NCBI GenBank assembly: GCA_043804515.1
Contig: JAZDIZ010000132.1
Span: 1 to 13,311, forward strand
DNA from: Pseudomonadota bacterium
Lineage (GTDB): Bacteria; Bdellovibrionota_G; JALEGL01; DATDPG01
DNA: 13,311 nucleotides
Reading direction: 5' to 3'
The translations under genes were made by a program, and so were the position numbers. The notes below the pieces were generated by a model that had not been told where the DNA came from, did no database searches, and saw nothing but the letters and a program-made list of their open reading frames with translations. Each line of letters opens with the position of its first letter. Position 1 is the stretch's first letter. Below, piece after piece: positions 6,725 to 13,311 of this stretch.

Positions 6725-9571
6725 TTAGAAGGCTACGAGGCCATTGGAGGTGGCAAGCCAGGCCAGACCGTCGGCCGTAATCGTAATATCGTTGATCTGG
6801 TTGTCCGGAAGGCCGTCCGGTGTCGTGAAAAACCTGGACACAGGCGCTCCGTTGTCCGAGATCGTCGTCACAAGAAGGCCGCCGACCCCTCCCACGAACA
6901 GAGCTGGATGCGTGCCCTTTTTCACGGCAAAGGCCGTGGGTGCAAGCGTCGTGTTCCGGCAGAGGTCTTTCGTCGCTTGGTCGGAAACAAGGTAGTCACA
7001 TGCATTGAAACTCTGGGCCGTATATGCGCCGTCCGCCGACCGCTCGATGTGCGTGACGTAACCGAGCGTTGGGCGGCCCCGGCTGTCCATCGCCATCGAG
7101 ACGGCCCAAGCGCCTCTTTTTCCATCCGCCTGCGCGAATCGGACGTACGGAACAGGCAGGTGACCCGAGTCCACGGTGAAGTTTTCGAATCGGTAGTACC
7201 CGTTGGCCTTGCGCGTGACGCGGCTGAGACCGCCCTGCGTTCCCACCCAAAGAGCGCCGCTAACCGTGTCGAAATCCACGTTCGTGACGACGCCGGACAA
7301 GCCGACCGATTCCGCCGGGTCGTAGATCGATGCCCGCCTCCCCGACGGATTTGCAGGATCCAGCGGGCATTGGCCCGGGTCAGGGCTACTCCTTGTCACG
7401 TGAACCTGCGGATAGATGGTGCATTTCAGCTTGGAATCGTAGAAGAGAATTCCTTTAAGCGGGTCGCCGATCCACAGGCCGTCAGCACCGTCCGAAGCGA
7501 TCGACAACCAGGAGGCCGAGCCATTATGAAAAACGTTTCTTCCGCCGGGCGCAAGAAACACGTCGCCACCCGACCGCAGCCACGCACCTCCGGCCGGGCC
7601 GGGCCTGACTTCGTGGACCGAGAGCGCGCGCCCTGGCGCTAAATCCTTGTACAATTCGTTAGCCGTGAAGTTTTTATAATCAAAGCCGTCCGAATCCTGC
7701 GAGGGAGTCATGTGGCTGGCGCCCGCGTCGCCTGTGCCCACCCAAAGATCCCCTCCATCCGAACCGGGACTTACGGCCTGGATGTGGTTGCTCAGAAGGC
7801 CGTCAGTGACTTCGAGCTTCCGCTCGCCCGCATACCGACTATTGTTGAAGAAATAATAGGTTAGAATGTCATCGCCGACCCAGATGCCCGTCATACGGCC
7901 GGCGTTCGGTTTGGACCAGCTATACCCGAATATGGGAGCGTCCAGCCGCGTCTTGTAGATGGGTACGGGCTGGCCGATATCGTTTACTTTATACATTCTG
8001 TGTACGGTAGGGATTTCGTTCCAACCCTCCATAGAAAGGAATGCCAGACCACCGTTTATTTCGACGAAGTAGTTTCCGAGGTCGTCCTTAGTCAAGTCAA
8101 GGACTGAGACTGGGACTTTGGACTGTTGTTTGTCGATCCACAGGTTCTTCCAAAATTCAAAGGTTCCATTGGAACGGATCCTTGTGAACCCCAGTTCAGT
8201 CGAAGCGTAGAAGCCCCCCCCGCTGGTGGAAAACAGGCCGGTGACTGTGCGTCCGACGATTCCATTCGCCTGCTGAATAGAAGGCGCGTCCAAAATTGGA
8301 AGCGAGCACATGTCCGGATCCCTACAAAGACGGGGCTTGGCCCAGATGAATTCTCCCCCCAAGAACCATATTGTATTTTGCGGAATCTGTTGGAAGGAAA
8401 ACGGCCCTTTCTGAGGGCAGGAAGAGTCCTTTTCGTTAACGACAGGGGCAATGTGTGTCAAGCCGCCGAACGTTTCGCCAGAAACCTCGGAATTCGTGCC
8501 CACCCAAACGCCCGTCGATCCGTCGTCCATAAGCAATCGGACTGGATCATTAACAAGACCGCACAAGGGGTTGTCGGATGCATGAAACTGCCGGATGTGA
8601 ATGTTCGACCGCGTGCCCTTGGCATTTTCGACGAGAAAGAGGCCCGTGTTCGTTCCGACCCAGAGATCATCGGTGCCTCTCCGGGGCTCGATCGCTGTGA
8701 CCCACTCCAGCCCGCCGCCGGAATCCCCAAGGAGCAGATTGAAACAGTTCGGAGACCGACCGGGCGTTAAATCCATTCTGCAAACCCCCTTCGAGGTTGC
8801 GACCCATAGGGTGTCGCTGTCATCGTCGAACGTGCCGATTTGAGTGATCTCGTTGCTGGGGAGCGCGTCCCCCATCGTGTACCGTTCGCTGAAAACCTCG
8901 CTGAGGGGAACGTCCGGGTCCGAGGCGGCCTTGAGATCGAGTAGGTACAGCCCGTTATCGGAGGCCAGGGCCAGCTTGTCTTTGAAACGGCCAATGGCGG
9001 TGACCTGCGAGGGGAATTGCGTGCGGTAGACGACGATCTTCTTGCTGACGGCGTTGGCGCCCACGGCCACACCGTCCCTGCACATGTCATATTGGTTGCC
9101 GGTCCAGACGGAGACCGTGTCTTTGGTCGAAGCCGAAAAGGGGAGCGAAATCCGGAACGAGCCGTCGTCCGCGAGCGTGGAGCACCGCGAATTGGGCGTG
9201 GCGAAACCATTGACGTCCACGATCACGGCGCAGACGCACCCGGCTTCGGCGTCAATCCGCACGTCCCCTGCCGCCTGCACGGCCCCCTCCGCACCGACGA
9301 CCAGGACCGAGCCCGCGAACTTGCCCACGAGTTGGGCCGAGATCAGTCTTGAGACCAGTATCGGTTCTCCGGGTACCGGAATGATCTGGCCCACGTCGGA
9401 GTCGCCGTTCCTGGTAAGACCCCCATTCACGAGTCCACCCGTGCCCATGCCGGCAGTGCCGTCCGTGTCCGGGCTGACGGAACTCTTCGAACACGAGGCG
9501 ATCAGGATGAGGGAGAAGAGAAGGGCCAGGAATGAGGAGCCGATTGCGGGGATTTTGCTTCTTGTGGTCAT
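6725..9571 (-). CDS. Lipoprotein with Reg_prop-type beta-propeller repeats (about 14 blades), paralog of 724..3143
   Basis: From ATG 9571: MTTRSK, hydrophobic core, lipobox LIAS-C27 (TGT at 9493-9491), Gly-rich tether, shared N-terminal domain. Blade motifs include LWVATSKGV, LWVGTNTGL, LWVGTQGGL and AWLATSNGL, with linkers DALPSNEI, DGLLSNHI and DGLPDNQI. The ORF-track TTG start at 9607 overlaps the promoter. Confidence 0.88.
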   Translation of the reverse strand: MTTRSKIPAIGSSFLALLFSLILIASCSKSSVSPDTDGTAGMGTGGLVNGGLTRNGDSDVGQIIPVPGEPILVSRLISAQLVGKFAGSVLVVGAEGAVQAAGDVRIDAEAGCVCAVIVDVNGFATPNSRCSTLADDGSFRISLPFSASTKDTVSVWTGNQYDMCRDGVAVGANAVSKKIVVYRTQFPSQVTAIGRFKDKLALASDNGLYLLDLKAASDPDVPLSEVFSERYTMGDALPSNEITQIGTFDDDSDTLWVATSKGVCRMDLTPGRSPNCFNLLLGDSGGGLEWVTAIEPRRGTDDLWVGTNTGLFLVENAKGTRSNIHIRQFHASDNPLCGLVNDPVRLLMDDGSTGVWVGTNSEVSGETFGGLTHIAPVVNEKDSSCPQKGPFSFQQIPQNTIWFLGGEFIWAKPRLCRDPDMCSLPILDAPSIQQANGIVGRTVTGLFSTSGGGFYASTELGFTRIRSNGTFEFWKNLWIDKQQSKVPVSVLDLTKDDLGNYFVEINGGLAFLSMEGWNEIPTVHRMYKVNDIGQPVPIYKTRLDAPIFGYSWSKPNAGRMTGIWVGDDILTYYFFNNSRYAGERKLEVTDGLLSNHIQAVSPGSDGGDLWVGTGDAGASHMTPSQDSDGFDYKNFTANELYKDLAPGRALSVHEVRPGPAGGAWLRSGGDVFLAPGGRNVFHNGSASWLSIASDGADGLWIGDPLKGILFYDSKLKCTIYPQVHVTRSSPDPGQCPLDPANPSGRRASIYDPAESVGLSGVVTNVDFDTVSGALWVGTQGGLSRVTRKANGYYRFENFTVDSGHLPVPYVRFAQADGKRGAWAVSMAMDSRGRPTLGYVTHIERSADGAYTAQSFNACDYLVSDQATKDLCRNTTLAPTAFAVKKGTHPALFVGGVGGLLVTTISDNGAPVSRFFTTPDGLPDNQINDITITADGLAWLATSNGLVAF

Positions 9572-9590
9572 ATCAGTTACGGGGTACTTA

Positions 9591-9606
9591 TACAAACCAC
9601 GTGCCA
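9591..9606 (-). promoter_or_regulatory. Putative sigma54 (RpoN) -24/-12 promoter of propeller gene 2
   Basis: Minus strand reads TGGCAC-GTGGT-TTGTA: a perfect -24 element and a -12 with GT instead of GC, at the correct spacing, with an AT-rich tract upstream. Confidence 0.55.
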
Positions 9607-9730
9607 AGTATTGGCTGGCACTTGATACGTTAAAAATATAACAAATTCATGAGATTAATTCAACAATGAAATAGGGGAACCTGGAAGCACGCCTACGACC
9701 GCAACCTACAAATGTTACGTTGCGTTAACT

Positions 9731-12700
9731 TTAGTTCCCTGCCTCTTTCAGGCGGCTGATATACGCTTTTCGGTCAAATCCGGGCCGGAGTTCGTCGGGG
9801 AACGCCAGGCGGATTTGGTCGGCGATCTCGCGGGCCTCTTTGAGAATCCCGGGATCCTTCTTGTATTCCAGGGCTTCCACTAGAAGCGGTAGCCGCCGCC
9901 TGAGCAACGGGTGGTCCTTCGTCTGATCGAGGTACGCCAGAATTTGGGCGTGCATGGCGGGATTCCGGCGCTCGGAGAGAACCGACGCGAGGCGCAACGC
10001 GTTCAAGCGAACCGTTTGCGTCTGATCCGAGGCCGGCGTCGCCAAGAGCCTTTGGATCTCCTCTTGGGCCTTGTCCGGGCGCGCCATGTCGATCAACACC
10101 TCGCTCTTTAGAAGCCTGCACCGTTCCGCCTGCTGGGGGTAAGTTTTGAGAAGGTCGAAGGCCTTCTCCGCGGTTTCGAACGCTTGGGGGGATTGTTTCT
10201 CGTCCCTCAAAATGGAAGCCATCGTCAAAAGAGCAAGGCCCAGCTCGAAACCCAGCGCCTGAGTTTGAAAGTATTCGAGCGGCCCCTTGATGTTCGCTCG
10301 GGCCCTCTTTAAATCCCCGAGATACCGATATGCCGAGGCCATCAGCACGCGACTCCGGTGCACGTGATCCCGGTTCCCCATCATTTCGAACAGAGATGAC
10401 GCCTGGTCATAGTTTTCCAGCGCCTCGTCGAAGCGGATCAGATCGAAGTTCACGCTTCCCAGGTTCAGATGGGCCTCGCCGAACCCGTTCATGTCGCCGA
10501 TGCGGTACGCGATTTCGCCGGCCTCCAGGTAAGTCCTGCGCGCCTTTTCGAGTTCGACCTGGTCCTGGGCTATCCCGCCCAGCGTCCGGAGCGTCCGAAA
10601 GACACCGCTGAAATCTTCCGCCTTTCGGTATTCGGCCAGGGCCTGTGAGAGAAAATCCGCCGCTTGCTCCACCTTCCGGTCCTGAAACGTCACGAACCCC
10701 AGGAGGGAATAGAACGTGGCCCGTTCGGAGGGCTGGCACCGTTCCTTCCGGAGGACCCCCATGACGTTGTGAACCACCTCGTTCCGCCGGCCGAGTTGGG
10801 CGAGTGAACGCGCTCGAAGCAGGCTCGCCGCTTGATCCAGTTGCTTGTCGGGGAGGGCCAGGCTCCGCTCCGCCTCCGTAAGGGCCTCGTGATATCGGCC
10901 GCGATTGTAAAGAAACTGGCCACGCATGAGATGGAAGGACCGCTCGGCCCGCGCCGCGAAGACGGAATCCACTTCCCCTTCGCACTTTGAAAGAACCTCA
11001 AGGCCTTCGGAAACCTCCATCCCGCGTGTATCGAGATCGAATTTGATGGCCAACAACTGGAAAAAATCTTCCGCCGACGCCAACTTCCGAGCCAACACCA
11101 AGCCCTCGGAAACGAAGGATTGGACTTCCTCCTGCCCCGGGAGATTCGCGAGGCGCTTGGCGGCCTTCAGGCAGTATTCGAGGGCTTTGGCCTGCTCTTC
11201 GCTCCGAAGGTAGTGATGCGCGATCTCCTCCGGGTAGGCGCCTTCCACTTCCAAAAGCGAAGCCGCCCGGCCGTGGACCTCCTTTCGCTTAACAAGCGGC
11301 AGCCGCTCGTATGCGGAGGCCCTGATCAGGTCGTGACGGAACCAGATGCGGTTCTGTGCGGCCGAGAGGCCGAAAACGCCGAGTTTGGCGACGCGACCGA
11401 GCAGGGCATCCTCCGAAATCCCCGCCAGCTTGGAGAGGAAAGGAACCCGGAGGCTGGACCCGGCCACCGACGCCGTCTTGATTAGTTCCCGGTCTTCCGT
11501 GGAAAACGCGTCCAGCGTCGCAGCCAGAAGAAGCTCGATGTTGCCGGAGAAAAGTTGGTCTTCGGGGAGGCCCAGTTCCACGCCCCGCGCGAGCTCCCGG
11601 ATGAAGAAAGGATTTCCGGCGGCTTGCCGTATGAGTGACGTTTCCAACGAAGATTCCGCGCCGGATTTCAAAAGGGATCGAAAGAGAAGCTGGGCGTCGT
11701 GTTCCGGAAGGGGTTCGATCTCCAGCGTTTCGGCAAAGCCGACCGACGGCCTCCGGCTCGTAGCGATCCACAGGATTCGATCGCGTGCGAGGTCCGAGAT
11801 CAACGTCAGGATCAGGAGTTGAGCGGACGAATCCGCGAAGTGAAGGTCCTCGGCCACAACCACGAGCGGAATCTGCTTGGAAAGATTGCGCAGCGTATCC
11901 ACCATCACGCGCCGAAGTTCCTCGTACGAGACGTTGGCCCAGAATTGGGGGTCGGCGACGGCGGCGGGCGACAGCGGCTGTTTCCGCTTCCCGGCGTCCG
12001 GGCTCGAAAGGAGATAGCGCAAGAGGCGCTCGAACGGGCGATAAAACCCGCCGCCCACGTCCTGGAAGCGCAGCACGACTTTTCGTGCGCGCTCCGGATC
12101 CAGAACTTCTCCCCATTGGGCCACCAACCGGCTCTTCCCGATACCGGCGGTGCCTACAATGAGGATGCTGGTTCCGCATTCGGTTTCGAGAAGCTCCCGA
12201 AGCTTCTTCTCAAGCCGGGCGACGTCCCCTTTCCTTCCCACGAACGGAGCCGAATCCTCGCTTGCCTGAACGCGGCCTTCGTAGCGGTAGGGCGTGATCG
12301 GCAGTTGCTTCCCTTTGACCCGGACCGGTTCCAGCTTCTCGAAACACCATCCCGAGGAAAGGAGCCGGACGAAGGGTTCGGAGGCCACGACCTCCCCCGT
12401 TTTCGCGATCGACAGAAGGCGTTGCGCGAGGTTAACCGTGTCTCCCATGACCGTGCGGGAGCCTCCCACCGTTCCCACGGAAACCGTGCCGAACGAGACG
12501 CCGAAGTGCATCTCGAGCGCCGTGCCCTCGACCTTGTTGATCGCGGCCATTTCTTTGCGGATGGCTTCGACGGTTTCAATGGCCCGGACGGGATCGTCCC
12601 CGAAGGATCGCTCCGTGTTGAACAGGAAGAGGATCGCGTCCCCCATGATCTTGTCCACGATGCCGCCGCGCGTTTCCACGATCGAAACGAACCGCTTCAT

Positions 12701-12892
12701 GATCGAATCGATGAGAAGCCGGAGTTCGTCGGGGTCCGTGCGCTCGCTCAGGCTCGTGAAGCCCGAGAGGTCGGCGAAGACCACGATGGCCGATCGACGC
12801 TCTTCGGGCCTGGATTCCAGGAAAGTCCCGCAAAAGGGGCAGAATTTGACCGCTTCAAGCGCGACATCCCGATGGCATTTGGGGCAGAGCAT
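9731..12892 (-). CDS. Zinc ribbon + class III adenylate/guanylate cyclase + STAND (AAA_16-like) ATPase + TPR protein
   Basis: Zinc ribbon CPKC-x11-CPFCG. Cyclase motifs FADLSGFT, VDKIMGDAI, HFGVSFG and TVMGDTVNLAQRL. ATPase motifs PFVGR, Walker A GTAGIGKS, Walker B VVVAEDLHFAD, AAGNPFFIREL and FRHDLIR..AY. The C-terminus is helical and TPR-like (e.g. AHLNLGSVNFDLIRFDEALENYDQA). Confidence 0.93.
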   Translation of the reverse strand: MLCPKCHRDVALEAVKFCPFCGTFLESRPEERRSAIVVFADLSGFTSLSERTDPDELRLLIDSIMKRFVSIVETRGGIVDKIMGDAILFLFNTERSFGDDPVRAIETVEAIRKEMAAINKVEGTALEMHFGVSFGTVSVGTVGGSRTVMGDTVNLAQRLLSIAKTGEVVASEPFVRLLSSGWCFEKLEPVRVKGKQLPITPYRYEGRVQASEDSAPFVGRKGDVARLEKKLRELLETECGTSILIVGTAGIGKSRLVAQWGEVLDPERARKVVLRFQDVGGGFYRPFERLLRYLLSSPDAGKRKQPLSPAAVADPQFWANVSYEELRRVMVDTLRNLSKQIPLVVVAEDLHFADSSAQLLILTLISDLARDRILWIATSRRPSVGFAETLEIEPLPEHDAQLLFRSLLKSGAESSLETSLIRQAAGNPFFIRELARGVELGLPEDQLFSGNIELLLAATLDAFSTEDRELIKTASVAGSSLRVPFLSKLAGISEDALLGRVAKLGVFGLSAAQNRIWFRHDLIRASAYERLPLVKRKEVHGRAASLLEVEGAYPEEIAHHYLRSEEQAKALEYCLKAAKRLANLPGQEEVQSFVSEGLVLARKLASAEDFFQLLAIKFDLDTRGMEVSEGLEVLSKCEGEVDSVFAARAERSFHLMRGQFLYNRGRYHEALTEAERSLALPDKQLDQAASLLRARSLAQLGRRNEVVHNVMGVLRKERCQPSERATFYSLLGFVTFQDRKVEQAADFLSQALAEYRKAEDFSGVFRTLRTLGGIAQDQVELEKARRTYLEAGEIAYRIGDMNGFGEAHLNLGSVNFDLIRFDEALENYDQASSLFEMMGNRDHVHRSRVLMASAYRYLGDLKRARANIKGPLEYFQTQALGFELGLALLTMASILRDEKQSPQAFETAEKAFDLLKTYPQQAERCRLLKSEVLIDMARPDKAQEEIQRLLATPASDQTQTVRLNALRLASVLSERRNPAMHAQILAYLDQTKDHPLLRRRLPLLVEALEYKKDPGILKEAREIADQIRLAFPDELRPGFDRKAYISRLKEAGN

Positions 12893-12973
12893 CCCGCGAG
12901 GGCGAAGTCTATCAGAGCGTTAGGCCGCCTACGAGAGAAGGGAAACCAGATCCCGGCATCAGGCAGCATCGGA

Positions 12974-12989
12974 TAAGGATCAATCCTTA
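12974..12989. repeat. Inverted repeat TAAGGAT-CA-ATCCTTA (possible operator)
   Basis: Perfect 7-bp arms with a 2-nt spacer, about 80 bp upstream of the cyclase start. Confidence 0.55.
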
Positions 12990-13189
12990 ACAGGTTGCTG
13001 AAAAACCCGATCTTTAGGATCGAACTAGTTTCGACAATGGACCTTGGAATTTTCGGAAGGAATGTCAGAAGTTGATTAGGGGGAGATGGATTGGGAGCAG
13101 GTGATGGTGGACGGAGTCGGCGACCCCTCGTCGGTCGGTCGACGACCTTCAGAAGTCTCAGCGGTTGTTTAGAGGGGAGATTCGTCGGG

Positions 13190-13209
13190 CAACCTTACCG
13201 GTAAGGTTG
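13190..13209. repeat. Perfect 20-bp palindrome CAACCTTACCGGTAAGGTTG
   Basis: The sequence equals its own reverse complement and lies in non-coding DNA. Function unknown. Confidence 0.8.
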
Positions 13210-13311
13210 TTGAAAAAATCGCGGAACTTTGTGGAAAAATAATGAACGAGAGTGATTTTTTCCATCTTTTTTTCTTGACTGACCCGAGCCCGGATTTTTT
13301 GGAACCAAAGC

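Noticed and set aside
6269..7642. 457 aa + strand ORF
   Set aside because: It is antisense to oppA and propeller gene 2, both well supported, and has no recognisable domain.
8101..8125. Four closely spaced GACT motifs
   Set aside because: They are irregularly spaced within coding sequence (QSKVPVSVL) and consistent with chance.
9572..9607. TTG start at 9607 for propeller gene 2
   Set aside because: It coincides with the sigma54-like element, and ATG9571 gives a normal-length lipoprotein signal.
12906..12914. Extended -10-like TGATAGACT upstream of the cyclase gene (minus strand)
   Set aside because: It is plausible, but there is no convincing -35 and the motif is too short to call.
11699..12976. 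425 aa + strand ORF
   Set aside because: It is an antisense shadow of the cyclase/ATPase gene.
13086..13172. 28 aa small ORF MDWEQVMVDGVGDPSSVGRRPSEVSAVV after a G-rich tract
   Set aside because: It is short with no motif, and the purine tract sits directly against the ATG. It cannot be supported without conservation or Ribo-seq data.
12893..13311. CRISPR array, tRNA or riboswitch in the terminal non-coding region
   Set aside because: It has no regularly spaced repeats, cloverleaf or recognisable aptamer motif, only isolated palindromes.

Overview
GC-rich bacterial DNA; the MYXO-CTERM-like tail and sigma54-type promoters suggest a former Deltaproteobacteria lineage such as Myxococcota or Bdellovibrionota (inference). 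From left to right the window holds: (1) the 3' end of a secreted protein with two dockerin/EF-hand-like Ca-binding loops and a MYXO-CTERM-like sorting tail; (2) a + strand 14-blade Reg_prop-type beta-propeller protein whose lipoprotein signal lies out of frame; (3) a - strand oppA-oppB-oppC peptide/nickel-type ABC operon with no ATPase gene; (4) a - strand paralogous 14-blade beta-propeller lipoprotein with a low-GC interior; (5) a zinc ribbon-class III cyclase-STAND ATPase-TPR protein; (6) a palindrome-rich non-coding end. The most notable structure is a convergent pair of paralogous, kinase-less double-propeller lipoproteins. They share an unrecognised Cys-containing N-terminal domain, each has a sigma54-like promoter, and they bracket the ABC importer. 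I saw no RNA gene, CRISPR array or transposase.
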